64,000 nucleotides of DNA from NCBI RefSeq assembly GCF_018350175.1, contig NC_058378.1, forward strand, positions 1,364,001 to 1,428,000. The letters run 5' to 3'. Within the stretch, counting starts at the first letter, position 1. Every line of letters starts with the position of its first letter. Positions 1-12,578 of the stretch are shown piece after piece. Under the pieces are notes generated by a model that saw only the letters and a list, made by a program, of their open reading frames with translations, did no database searches and was not told the DNA's origin. This DNA comes from Felis catus. Taxonomy: Eukaryota. The translations under genes were made by a program, and so were the position numbers.

Positions 1-1169
1 TTGCTTCCCTTACTAAAATTCTCAACAAATACTTAAAATTTTGGCAGTGAACATCTGGGTGACTCTGCTGCCGTAACGTCTCTAGTTGGATCGGTGTCCC
101 TATGGAGGGCACTGTGCTGGGATTTTCCTCTCTAATTCCTACTGAAGCGTCCAGGGGCGATCACTGCGTGTTTCCAGTTTGCTTGCTAGAGAAGTGGCAC
201 CTGACCTATAGGATGGAATGCCAAAAGGAAGGAGCCAGACTCCAAAGATGGAAACCAGAGAAGAGGCACCCCCCATCCCTCTCAGCAACCTGATAAGACA
301 TTTTTCTGCCCAGGGTCTCCATGAAGAATCTCATCTGGGCCAGTGGAGTGCACAAGATTTTGATGCTTTTTTTAAACTGCCCTCAATTGATTGACAGCCA
401 CCAATGCATTGGCTGGTATTACATCCTGAACAGCTTCTTCCTCAGAATCCCCTTCTGTCTGTGCATATTCTAGAGTGTCAGAAAGGCTATTACAACCCCT
501 GCTTTGGACACCCACTTTCAGACCTACGTGTTCAGGCTTATCTTTAAGAAGCTCCTCTATCTTGTTTACTGCTGAAGGTGTCAGGGGACGGCGGCCCAGA
601 GGGGCTGCAGCTTCCTCCTGGTCACAGCCCAGACAGCGGCCCGGACCAGTGAAGCCAGCAGCCCAGCCATCCCGGCCTCACGGTGACTCTCTCCACAGAC
701 ACAGCAGCCACATTTAAAGCTTTGTTTTGGCATTGTTACCTTTTACCTGATTCTTATCATCACTCCCCATTTATCTTCGTGTTTTGAATAAATGACAGGG
801 AAACAGAAAACTTTGGGGAAAAAATAATGAGTTTTCAGGGTTAGAGAAGCATAAAAGGATGTAACATTGTCATACTTTGAGCAATGGAAATGAAGGCTTC
901 CAGGCCTTCTGAACTTCCCCAGGAGGACTTACGGGCGGAAGCTGCATGACGCAGACCTTGCCTCCGTGGAGAAGGCAGTTTGAAAATGGAAGTAACGAAA
1001 AATGGAACATGACTTTTTACGGTGCCATGAATTTCTGGTCACGAAAATGGGGCCGGACGATGACCTGGTGAAGGAGACATAGACAAACCAGAAGTTTAAT
1101 TAGAAGTTAGGGAGGTGCCCCTCTGCAGGCTCTCTCTAACACTTTTCCTCAGATTCTAGTATTTTATTA

Positions 1170-1375
1170 TTTAATTTTTGTAAACGTTTATTTTTGGGAG
1201 AGCGAGTGCGCATGGGATGGGCAGAGAGAGAGAGGGACTGAGACAGAATCCCAAGCAGACTCCACACTGTCAGTGCACAGCCCGGCGTGGGACTTGATCC
1301 CATGAACTGTGAGATCATGACCTGAGATGAGATCAAGAATCCAAAGCTTAACTGAATGAGCCACCGAGGTACCCC
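1170..1375 (-). mobile_element. CanSINE (older feliform subfamily)
   Basis: Reverse strand begins GGGGTACCTCGGTGGCTCA, has (CT)n tract and A-rich tail; TSD-like TAGTATTTTAT at 1157 and 1376. Confidence 0.92.
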
Positions 1376-1866
1376 TAGTATTTTATAATTTAAATGTGTT
1401 AATAATCCTTCTGAAATTATCCAAAGTGATAACAATATCATTCACCAGTAGAATTTGATTAGTTAACGTTAAGGATTTATTAACATACAAAAAATTTACT
1501 CACGGATTCGCTGGTATAGCAGAGGCACATTTCTCTTTAAACATCAACCCCACACCACCAAGTTAATGAATGCATTTGCTAAAAGACATACGAATATATA
1601 TTATATACAGATGTAAGTTTTTCCTATTGTTCACATAAAAGTTGTAGAGAGTCTCTATGGAAGAAGTTTGCTTCTTGTAATATATCTGATTTGCTACAAG
1701 ATAGAGCATATGATAGTCTTTTCATTTCCAACAGCTTTGTTGAAAAATTGGATTATTTTTAATACTTTGATTGTTGACTCATGCTTCCAGAATCATATAT
1801 CCAAGAGATGGCTTTAAACAATATTCTTTCATGAGACTCTTTCATCTTTAAAGATGATGCAGTTCA

Positions 1867-2079
1867 GGGGCTCCTGGGTCTCAGTGAAGCATCTGACTTC
1901 AGCTCAGGTCATGATCTCATGGTTCATGAGTTCGAGCCCCACCTAAGGCCCTGTGGTGGCGCTTACGGTCTGGAGCCTGCTTCAGATACTGTGTCTCCCC
2001 CTCTGTCTGCCCCTCCTCTCCTCACTCTCTGTCTCTCCCTCTCTTTCTCAAATATAAAATAAACATTAAAAAATATTTT
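1867..2079 (+). mobile_element. CanSINE (SINEC_Fc-like, diverged)
   Basis: GGGGCTCCTGGGT head, B-box GAGTTCGAGCCCC, CT tract, AATAAA/A tail; TSD AAAGATGATGCARTTC. Confidence 0.92.
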
Positions 2080-2391
2080 AAAGATGATGCAATTCTGGAG
2101 TTTAGACACTACGACTTTCCCTTTCCTGGAGATACCAAGCAGTGTAACTATAACCATGAACACAGAAGTACACTAAAATTATTAAAATTTAATAATTAAA
2201 ATTAAAAATGCATTTGAGAATGCTCAGAAGACTATTTTCCCTGTCGCTGGATAAATATTACTTACTTTACTGTCTTCAGAAATCAATTTCAAGTTTTCTT
2301 CTGAAAACTTTCTTAAGGTACTGGAAAAAATACATTCTTGAATACAGTTTCTTTCCTCAAGCACATCTGAGTATCTAAATGCTTTTGCTCA

Positions 2392-2612
2392 GGGGCGCCT
2401 GGGTGGCGCAGTCGGTTAAGCGTCCGACTTCAGCCAGGTCACGATCTCGCGGTCCGGGAGTTCGAGCCCCGCGTCGGGCTCTGGGCTGATGGCTCAGAGC
2501 CTGGAGCCTGTTTCCGATTCTGTGTCTCCCTCTCTCTCTGCCCCTCCCCCGTTCATGCTCTGTCTCTCTCTGTCCCAAAAATAAACAAAACGTTGAAAAA
2601 AAATTTTTTAAA
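2392..2612 (+). mobile_element. Young cat CanSINE (SINEC_Fc)
   Basis: GGGGCGCCTGGGTGGCGCAGTCGGTTAAGCGTCCGACTTCAGCCAGG head, CpGs intact; perfect TSD TAAATGCTTTTGCTCA at 2376 and 2613. Confidence 0.97.
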
Positions 2613-3529
2613 TAAATGCTTTTGCTCAGAAACTATATTACTTATACTTTCATTAATTTCAGCTGAATCTGAGTCATGTTGGTTCTACAACTTAATCTAA
2701 GTGTGAAAAATGGAAGAAAAAATTGAAAGAAAAAGGATATGAAATACTACTAAGAATTAATTTCCTTACCCAACCATAGTGGTTGTGATTAAACCGGCTT
2801 ATCTTGTCCCTGATGTCAACTGCAGGAAATAATTTGTCAGACCACACTCTGATTATATAGTAAACAGAAAAATAATTGATGTTGAGACTAAATCTGCTTA
2901 TTAGGTAGTTGACGAGTGGCAAAAATCCATATTTTCTTTGTTCAAATAGCAAGTTAAGTGGCCCAACTGTGGGTCTTGAATCACTTTCAATGAATATGTC
3001 AATTTTATCCTAGCCTCCATTGCTTTGTTCTGACTCTGTGTCCAGATACTGACACTCTTACATTGTTCTCCGTTATCTATCCCATTTGTGGTCATGTTTT
3101 TACACTAAAATACCAGTTGCGAAAAGACTCTTTCCCTTTTCCTTGTCATCAATGACCTGACAGCTCTCACCACAGAGTGTAGACACGTGCTGTGTCCATA
3201 GCAGATGATTAAACCTGGCTGACATATTTGCGCTTTGAGGAAACTTAAAATTATAAAATCACTTCCCTCCCAATCAATGAATAAATCACCTCTTCCCTTG
3301 CCTATGGGATGCCTTCTACCTACCAGAACAAAATAACCAAAAAGAAGGGAAAATTATTTTTTTTAACCATTGGATATACACCCTTTTGCTTCTTAGAACT
3401 ATAGTGGATTGGCATGCAGGACATTGCATGTGGGTCATGAGACTAACAGCATAGACTGAGAAGCTTTGCCACATCTCTCTGTCACACACATATTTGTGGA
3501 TGTGTATATTGTTTTACTTGACTAGATAA

Positions 3530-3700
3530 ATGTTTGGATTTGGAATCAGAAAGTTACGTCTTTTTTTCTTTTGTTTGTTTTAGTCTAAGTCAACTTAATC
3601 TTGCTAAGGTTCAGATTTCCCGTGATAGAACAAGTGTAATAATATTTTATTCACTATTGTTACAAGGTTTACAATAAGATAATGTATGGAATAGGAGGTA
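3530..3700 (+). mobile_element. MIR fragment (degenerate)
   Basis: GTCAACTTAATCTTGCTAAGGTTCAGATTTCCC...TTGTTACAAGGTTTACAATAAGATAATGTATG resembles MIR core. Confidence 0.5.
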
Positions 3701-4094
3701 CTCCATGTCTGATAAGATTGCTTTCATCCTTTCTGATCTGGCTAAAACACACAAGTCTTTATTCCCAGTTGGGGTTCTAAGACTGAGTTATTTGTCTTGT
3801 TCATATATTACCCAACTCTTCTCTGTCATTCCTTTCGTTTCTAACTCCTAACAATGTCATGCTTTCTTGGGATTATTGCGAGAGGAAGAGGGAGAGATTG
3901 AACCTTAAAGCAGTATCGTTCTTGTCGTACTTGCTGTAAAAACGTTCTTTGGGGCAAATTGGAAGGTATTGTCTCAATGAGCATTTTCTGCTACCTGTTG
4001 ATTTGGGTCATTTATATGACCCTCCAGGTTCCTTCTATCTCTCTATTTCAGCATATTTCATATATATTTCAGACCTATCTCTCTACCTATCTCC

Positions 4095-4225
4095 TCAAAT
4101 ACAGTTCATAAAAGCAGAGACTATGTCACTAATTTTTTCTTGTACCCAAAAGGATACCCCAAATCCTGGTGCACAGAAGATTGCTCAATAAGTGTTTGTT
4201 TAGTAAGTGGATAAATGAAGGTACA
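4095..4225 (+). mobile_element. L2 3' end fragment
   Basis: GCAGAGACTATGTC...CCTGGTGCACAGAAGATTGCTCAATAAGTGTTTGTT...AAATGAA. Confidence 0.6.
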
Positions 4226-4667
4226 GATGGCTGGCTGGCATGATGGGATCATTATTCTCCAATCTAGTGGGAAAGAATTGTCTGGAATCCCACCACATGA
4301 AAATTACTACATGTAGAAAACACAAAGCAGGCTTACACCATGGGACCCCCACAAAAGTGTCAGATACCTTCAACAATTTTTGTGGGAATGCTAATATGTT
4401 TTGATATCGTATTCATGATTAAAGAACACTTTTGTAATATTTATATGTATATACTGATGTCTTAGTTTTTAAAACACTTCTATGAGCATTTTAAGTTGAA
4501 TCTTTTCATCTATCATGGAATTAGAATAGATACTTGGTTTCCATTTTAAGATGAGAAAGTTCACTGAAGGCATTAAACAGCTTGAACGTGTTCACTCGTC
4601 TGAGAATTGTAGCTCTGTTACTTATACCCAGCATATCTGATTTTCACTTGGAGTCTATCTCTTTTTC

Positions 4668-4889
4668 TTTTCTTTTTAATTTTGTAAAAATGTTTATTTA
4701 GTTTTGAGAGAGAGACAGACAGAATGTGAGCAGGGGAGGTGCAGAGAGAGAAGGAGACACAGAATTCGAAGCAAGCTCCAGGCTCTGAGCCCTCAGCACA
4801 GAGCCCAACGCGGGTCTCGAACTCAAACGGTGAGATCATGACCTGAGCCCAAGTCAGACACCCAACCAACTGAGCCACCCAGGCGCCCC
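4668..4889 (-). mobile_element. CanSINE (SINEC_Fc-like)
   Basis: Ends CCACCCAGGCGCCCC on +; TSD TATCTCTTTTTC on both sides. Confidence 0.95.
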
Positions 4890-5843
4890 TATCTCTTTTT
4901 CAAACTAGCAATTCTGTAGTACTCAAATACCTATACCCTAATCAGTTAAAAACACACCATTTGGGTCATTGGAGACTGAGACATTGAGGTTAAAAATATA
5001 TTCCCAATTAATTTTTTAATGAAATAAAATGTCCCGTGCAGTTTAAAAATACTAAAATAATGTACTATTTGTAATGTTGAACTTTTCGATCTCATTGTTT
5101 CAACCTTCCTTCTTCCTCTGAGCATTTAACTGATAACAACAATTTATTGAATATATGTAAACGGTACCAGCAAAGCAATTACATGCATGGAAATATACAA
5201 TCCTAGGAAATCCTAACGTAAACATGAGGCTAGAGTGTGGCTGGCCCATGCAAAGTATCTTTGACAGTACCAAATGATTTATTGTGTGATTAACTTTAGG
5301 AGGAATCATTAATGACTTAATGTACCCAGTGAATCTCAGAGTCAAGGAGTGAAACCTACCTGCACTAATCAATATTTGTGAAAGTAGAGAAAAATTTCAT
5401 AATCAATCTTTATTAAATGCAGGCTAATCCCTAATAAATCAGAGATAATGAAACACTCTACTTCAGATCAGAAGCTCTAAGTCATAGAATAATATATGAA
5501 CTCTGAATGTATTCATGAAGAGAGGCCAACAGAGAAGCCTTTTATTTCTTAAAGTTCATTACTGACAATACGAAGATTGGCCCAGTGAGTACATATTTTT
5601 CACAATAAGACAAGGAATTTTGCGTTTTGATGGAAGGATCTAGTTCCTGATAGTATTCACTCAGATATGCATGCTACATGAGAGAAATTTGAATTCTCAA
5701 ACAACAGGATAAAGTAAATAAACGAATGCAAATAATGGCAATGATATTTGGATAGAATTTTAAATTAATGCCATACAATTGGTATGGAGTCCAGAACATG
5801 TTTCAGCATCAATTAGGACAAACATAAAGAAAAGTATATATGT

Positions 5844-6052
5844 GGGGCACCTGGGTGGCTCCGTTGGTTAAGCGTCCGAATCTTGTTTTTGGTTCAGTTC
5901 ATGATCTCACGATTTGTGTGACTGAGCCTCACTTTGGGATCCTTGCTGACAGTGTGGAGCCTGCTTGGGATTCTCTCTCCCTCTCTGTCTGCCCCTCCCC
6001 TACTCTCTCACTCTCTCTCTCTCTCAAAATAAGTAAACTTAAAAAAAAAAAA
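5844..6052 (+). mobile_element. CanSINE
   Basis: GGGGCACCTGGGTGGCTCCGTTGGTTAAGCGTCCG head, CT tract, poly-A. Confidence 0.94.
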
Positions 6053-9000
6053 CTATATATACGGACAGGAAGAAAGTGAAGAGAACAAACAGAAAGATAT
6101 ACTTGTCTTATGCTTTCTGATTATAAGAAGAAGGAAAATCTTGGGACCAAAGTTTGGCTGAGATCTAATTGACTCTACATAGAGCAACTTTTTAGGCTGC
6201 TGTGGAGCATTTGGCTGTCTGAAGAAATGTTCGCCCACACAGGAAAACGCACCTCGCTGAAATGTGCGACTGGATTCACCCTCCAGCCACAGCACCCATC
6301 CTCCGGGCCAACAGAGGTGGGCATCTTTCTCCAGGCCCAGGCAGATGGCGTGGGGAAGTCAGGAGAGACTATGCACAGTCAGGACACCGCCAGGGAGATA
6401 TGCCCACGTCATAATCTGTACGGGGGAAGGCGTTTCCTCGAGGGCGAAGAGGAAAAGCACTGAAGTGAAAGAGGAAGTCACCCCGTGAGTCTGTGTTCAC
6501 TGTGGGAACGTTGTCACTAACCAAGAGCTGGTTAGAGATACAGAATCCAGGCTCCGTCCAGGCTCATGTTGTCAGATGACGTGTTTTAGCATAGTGCCCG
6601 GGTAATTCATACGCACGTGAATTTGGGAAAACACTGCTGTACCCCAGGGGTTCCCAGCCAGGACTCTCCTGCTGGCAACTCGTCTACAGGCTCTGATGCC
6701 GCCGGCCTGGAGTGACTCCTGGACGTTTCTGCTTGTTTGTTTGCTGATGCTGTGCCTACAGGGTGACCGGGAAGCAAGGGCTTCCCAGGTGGGGAAGGTC
6801 CGTGGTGGTAGGGGCTGGGTAAAGCACACTGCTGATGAACTCACAAGTGGCTTGAGATGGAGTGCCGATGGTGGGATGATTCAGAGACGTGGAGCGTGAA
6901 GGTAGGAAGGGGAGGTGGACAGTCCGGATGGGTGGAGAGCAGGCTCCGAGGTCAGGATAAAGGAACTGAGCTGTGCGGCCGGGCCCTGGGTTTTCTGCCT
7001 CACAACCGACAGGATTCAGTGCTTCCTTCCGACTCCACATGACCTCGCAGGAGCCCCTCCCGGAGGCGGGAAGAGCCTGCAGTCTGCCAGGAAAGAGGGG
7101 TGACTGTTACACCAAAAGGCCACGTAGTCCAACTTTCATTACCTCCCCCCCACCGCGAGCCAGCCCCCCGCCACCTGGCACCAGAGGATCCTCCACCCTC
7201 TCTCTGCTCCTGGCAGCTCGGGCTCCATCTGGTTTGATGTGCAACCATCACTCCACCAAAACCCAGTTTAGTGACTGGACATTCTTTTCCAGAAGGCCAA
7301 TTGGCTAAATGTGCTTGGTGTCTTCTCTGTTCGTTTTGTCTTCTCTCGGTTTTTTAAATACAAGCTACAGCGGTTCCAATTGGATTACTGCATGGTTTTA
7401 ACAGCTTTTGAGATCTCTATAATGTTTCCGTTGTCTCACGTTCCTTTTAACCTATAGACAGCTTTTAAAGATTTTCTTAACATACTTCTCCGCCATGTCC
7501 TTGCAGATGAATCTGGTGGGAGCTGAGGAGAGAGGGAGAAAGCTTTCATCTGGGGGAAAGCTGGAGAGTTCATTCAGAAAACTGTCTTTTTGATAATGTA
7601 GCCATTAGGATAATTGGCTTTGGGCAAATTAACTCAGAGAATTGGCCCACTTTCTGCAACTTTAGGCAATAAAGCTAAAAGTTTTGCCTACCAACGTTCA
7701 AAGCAGAGAAAGTTCTTTTTTTTTTTTCCTTTGAGTTATACGTCAAATTTCTAGAAAACTATAGAATAAAACCTCGCAAGAGAAAGGAGTGACACACAGC
7801 AGAAGTCACTGTATATTTTGCAGGCTTACTGCCAATGTTGAAATATACGGTAACATAAAAAAAAAAAAAATTAGCTTGTTAAACTAAACAAAATGAGACC
7901 AAATTCTTAAGGAGACAGTATAATGGGAACCTGGATATGAGTGAAATTGATTTGTGCTGGAGAAAATAAGAATTCTCCGACAACAATTCTTGGAACCCAG
8001 CAGAGACAGAGATGGTTTTAGAGCTTACTTAAAAGCAGAGTCTTTCTGTTTAAAAGGACTTTTGTCTTCAACCTGCAAGAGAAAATCCTGATGGAGGAAT
8101 GGCCGAGCTAAGCGACCCAGCAGGGCTGAGACTTTCCCAAGCAGCAGCGGTTGGCGTAACAGGAATTTAAAATCAGACTCTGGTCGGGGTTTGGGCTCTG
8201 ATGACGACCATAATCCTACAGCTGGGAGTCCTGCCTCTGGGAGGTGCACACGCTGTTCACAAGTGAGAGCATTCAAGTGTGAGGTCCGGACATGTCCTCG
8301 TTTGCTCCTGTCCAAGATCCCGTCACCAGCGTGTGAGTTAATCCTTGATATGTCAAAATTCGGACTTGCCTTCTGCTAACTTGCCTATTTGCCACATTGC
8401 CAAGTAGCTTTTTGAAAAATTAAACTAAAATTAAATTAGTTTGGAGGCTATACATATGTTGCTGATATAATGGGGAGATGGTTGCACTTTATAATATTGT
8501 CAACTTATTAATTGATTGAAGGTGACCTAAAAATGCAATCTTGTTAAAACTAAGATAAGAGTAAAGACCCTTATTTTCCCACAGATATTCAAGTAATTAT
8601 TCATATTCCTTTCCTGTTTCTTTCCAAATAGGATTAAAAATTGGGAAATAAGCCGAAGGCTCTGATGACAGCAATGTAAAATTTGCATTTCAGAGATTTA
8701 TTTTTAGTGTTCCATGAGGTCAAATGGACAGAGGATTTTTATGAATTTCAAGTGCACATTCTCCATGTTATCCGACCTAGAACTTACATGCGGTCTCATA
8801 GTTTAAGGAAGTCTGTGTGGTGTTTGCAAAATACAATTTAAAGCGAAGGAGGTCAGGGTGGTATAGAAATCGGGGAGTTTTAGCTCATGGTAAGCATTTG
8901 AAGTGGGACTTTTAAAAATTAGTGGCACTAGGGGAGGAGAGGGCAATTTTGAAGATTGCTTTTGCCCATTTTTGCCCTTCCCTGACTTCCATTCAGCGGG

Positions 9001-10914
9001 AAGGCGAGCCCCGTGGCAGAAACGGATGAGGTGTTCTCCACGGCACGGGGCCTCGGCTGGTCCTGCAGAGATGAACATGCGTCCACCCACGTTTCCTCAT
9101 GGCGTTGCGAGGCTGCGTGCCTACCTGCCCTCACCATCTGCTTGTCACCAGCTCTTTAAAGGCCGTGTCCACCACCTTTCAGTCTGTGGATAAAGTGTAA
9201 GGTGATCCTCTCTTCTTTCACCTGACGTGACTCAGAAAATCAGCGTGGGGAAAATCTCCTCCTAAACATTTATGGTCACAATTTTCTAAATGCTTGTTGG
9301 GGTTTTGTTTTCACTGTTTTAAAATAATGATCACAAATACTTTCTCAGCTTTTCACTCCTACTATCGTACTTCACAAACTTACATTTACTCAATCTCTAG
9401 CCCTTTGAAATTTATGACACATTTATGCTTGGGTTACTTACCTAGCTCCCAAAGAGCGTCTCCTGAATAGAAATGGATGTTGTTACAATATCCAATAAAG
9501 ATACATAAGTCAAATTGATTTACTTTACAATCTCTATCCACATAAAGTGTATAAAATGAAGATTTCTGCAGATATTTGACTGCTCGGGTGAAAATTATAA
9601 GAAGTATAAGAATCATCCAGGCACAGATGTTGAAAGAGCCACTACATAAAAGTCTCTGTATCTTCTACTAAATTGTTTCTTCTCAAAGGATGAGATAATT
9701 TGCTAAATTCAAAAATTAATCGTAATACATGCTAAATCATCAGGCACGGTAACAGCTGAATTTTATGGCTTATGATAATCAATTTGGGGAAGTGGAGGGT
9801 ATCACTAAATAGACCTGTGACAAGAACTTAGAATGGAGATTATTTTTGGTTCAGATTCAGCAGTCAAGGCAGATGCTCATAAAAAATTTAAAAAAAAGTC
9901 AACTAGATTTATTCAAAAGTTGTACAGTCCTCAGTTTTGAGTCATGGAGCCTCGGAATCACATGGGAATTGAGGCGCGACCTAGGAGAGAAACAAACTAC
10001 TGAGCCAACAAGCTAAGAGAAGCTAGATTGCATTTTTCTCCACGCCTTCCTGGCCATTATCATAGCTCCTTGTGACCAATGCCTTTTTCCAGTCTTCTGG
10101 CTACACCCTACAAGAGGATTTAGAACAATAGTTTGTAATACTGTAAGTCCCCAGCTTGCCACCCTCGGACAAAATTCACAAGAAATATCAACATCACATC
10201 TGTCCTTCCAAATTCATGGGAGTGACTGAAGTATCTCGTGTGTGCTTCAAATGGTTTGGACTCGTATTTTCCTCAGCTCACGTGTCTGTCACTCCTTCCT
10301 TATCCTCACACGTTGTCTGTGAAGGGACTTTGACTGAGGTGGATTCTGGCATCATTCATGGGCAATATGGGGCTTCCTTGTGTCTGAATTTGGAAGAACT
10401 GTTCTTTTGCCCCAGTTCGAGATGTGATGTTGGTAAGAGAGGAAGTATCTTCCCCCATCGTGTGTGCCCTTCCCTGTGCTCTTCCTGCTGATTCACAGAG
10501 ACCTACGGACACAGCCCTCTGACACCACTTTCCCCTATCTTGGTGCAGCCGGGACTTTCTTACACGTCACTACTGTGGTCCAAAACACAACCCGACTGAC
10601 ACACACACACAGATGGACTCAAAATCTCCACTCCCTTTAGGCCCTATTCTGCAATCTCTACACCAAGCCCTCGGCACCTCCCTCTCCCTGAGTTCCCTTT
10701 ATCAAGGACACCTTTGGGGGGGGTGGATGCAAAAGCAGCCCATAGTGATTGAGGAATTAGAGGTATTTTTTATGATGGACTAATCTTTAGCCCCAGTGAA
10801 TCTGGTGGTTTCTACGGGACAACTCAACACATCGTGAAAAACAAAACAAAACAAAGAACAAATTAATGAAAAGAACATTTTGGAGATTGAGTGTTAATAT
10901 CTTTCTTCCTCCAG

Positions 10915-11170
10915 TTAACTCAATGATAAGGCAAATGTATTATCAGGAACAGTATCAGACATGTCTGATTATGCGATGGTTACAAAGCTTGAGACGTCAT
11001 TGTGTGAAACTCCCAAGGCACGGACACGACTATCTTACAAACCAAACTACGTTTCCGATTACTACGATATTCCCAAAAGCTTCACACACCACCAAGAGAC
11101 GGACATCTACCCTTTTCAATTATTATCCGACTTATCGTATGAGAATAAACAGACTTAATTTAAATTGAAA
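10915..11170 (+). other. Candidate terminal exon of an unannotated or decayed gene (speculative)
   Basis: Acceptor TGTTAAT..ATCTTTCTTCCTCCAG|10915; two overlapping open frames (stops 11158, 11168); 10 CpGs in ~165 bp; AATAAA 11144-11149. Confidence 0.3.
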
Positions 11171-11264
11171 TGCTATTGTAAGTAGAAAAACATACTATTG
11201 CATTTAGCCCTTAACATTTGTACTGTTTTTGACCATCATCCATTTAAAATAACTGTAGGCCAGC

Positions 11265-11375
11265 CTTATTATTCTTCATTTTGCTGATAAGAAAATGCGT
11301 GACATAGAGAGATTGAATGAGTGACCTCGAATCACACAGAAAGTCAATGGCAGAACTAGAACAGAAACTAATGTT
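11265..11375 (-). mobile_element. MIR fragment
   Basis: TTATTCTTCATTTTGCTGATAAGAAAAT...GTGACCTCGAATCACACAG...GGCAGAACTAGAA is MIR core antisense. Confidence 0.65.
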
Positions 11376-11724
11376 ACTGAAAGCCTTGTGTCCTTTTTTG
11401 TTCTACGGAAGGGTGCTGTCTCTTATTTAAATGGATAACCATAGTTATCCCATTCATAAGCTTGAAATAATTTGGTACAATTTGGTATTTCCCATTGATG
11501 AAATGATTCAAAAATTATTTAAGTACAGTTTACATTACTTATCAATGGCTTTGAAGATGTTGTTCTTTCCAGGCCACAAGGCAAACCCCTTGCAAAACTA
11601 ATAAGTGAGTGAATATCACCCGTGTCCCTATCATTATGTCCGTCAGCAGAGCAGACATTAGGCCGTTACGTTATTTACTTTTTGGGGAGTTAATGAATTT
11701 ACATAACTTTCATGACTCTCTAAA

Positions 11725-12360
11725 CTCAATCTTTCACCAAATGATTCTTGAGCACCTCCTATGATCAGACATATTCTAGGTGTCAGTAGTACCTCGTACA
11801 GAAAACGGAAAACATCCGGGCCTGGTGGAGTTAACTTTGCAGGGGCAGGGGAAACTGAGAATGAACAAGATAAGCAAACGAAATGTATAGTGTGTTACCT
11901 AGTTTTAAATAGCGTGGGCACAAACAAGAGAAAAGGGGATTGGAATCATTGGAAGTTGGAGATCAGGGACCACAGAAGGTGAGGAAAGTCCTGGAGAACG
12001 TGAGGTGTGAGGCATCTATGAGACTTCGGTGGAAAGTGCATTCCAGGCAAAGGAAGCCTTGGACGTCAAGGTCCTAGCAGGAGAGTGTGTCTCATGTGTA
12101 CAGGGCACGACGGAGCTTCCTGGGGGGGGGCTGAGCTAAAGAAAAGACAGGATAGTTAGAGAGAGGTGATGGAGGAAAGATAGTGTGGAACCTTGTGGGA
12201 GTGGTAAGGAGTTGAGCTTTAATAAAACTCCGAGGGAGATGGGGGTAGAAAAGTTGAATAAAACTCTGGGAGTGGAATAGTAGCTTGAAGGTTTAAAAAG
12301 TTAACTCCAACTGCAGGGTTGAGAATGAAGTCCCAGACACCAAAATCAGAAGCAGGGAAT
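11725..12360 (-). mobile_element. L2 (L2a-like) 3' fragment
   Basis: TTCACCAAATGATTCTTGAGCACCTCCTATG...CATTCCAGGCAAAGGAAGC...TTTAAAAAGTTAACTCCAACTGC typical antisense L2 tail. Confidence 0.75.
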
Positions 12361-12538
12361 TCTCTGTTTCTTATGGCTCTGGAGACACGCGTTCCTGCCA
12401 TTGGATGGGTCTCTTGGAAATGAAGGTCTGTGTGCAGTGATGGTGCACAGTTATTAAAGACCAGTGGCGTCTCATGCTGGATAAGTGGCTTGGTGTGCAG
12501 TGGAGGGCAGGGGGGAGGCGGTTCTAGGAATGTTGGCT

Positions 12539-12578
12539 GTGGTTCACTTCTGTTGACCGTGGTTCACTTCTGTTGACC
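12539..12578. repeat. Perfect 20-bp tandem duplication
   Basis: GTGGTTCACTTCTGTTGACC x2. Confidence 0.95.

Noticed and set aside
2392-2470. tRNA-like A/B boxes at SINE heads
   Set aside because: tRNA-derived SINE promoter; no complete cloverleaf gene
2375-2578. Recurrent ORF MGQRETEHERGRGRERG... (also 39422-39670, 42694-42936)
   Set aside because: Antisense translation of SINEC_Fc copies, not a gene family
6696-6899. ORF with signal-peptide-like start MPPAWSDSWTFLLVCLLMLCLQG
   Set aside because: Hydrophobicity is explained by a T-rich tract; no recognisable domain or linked exon
8632-8675. Strong acceptor TTCCTTTCCTGTTTCTTTCCAAATAG within the candidate exon chain
   Set aside because: Stops in all three frames and only a weak donor, so not added to the model
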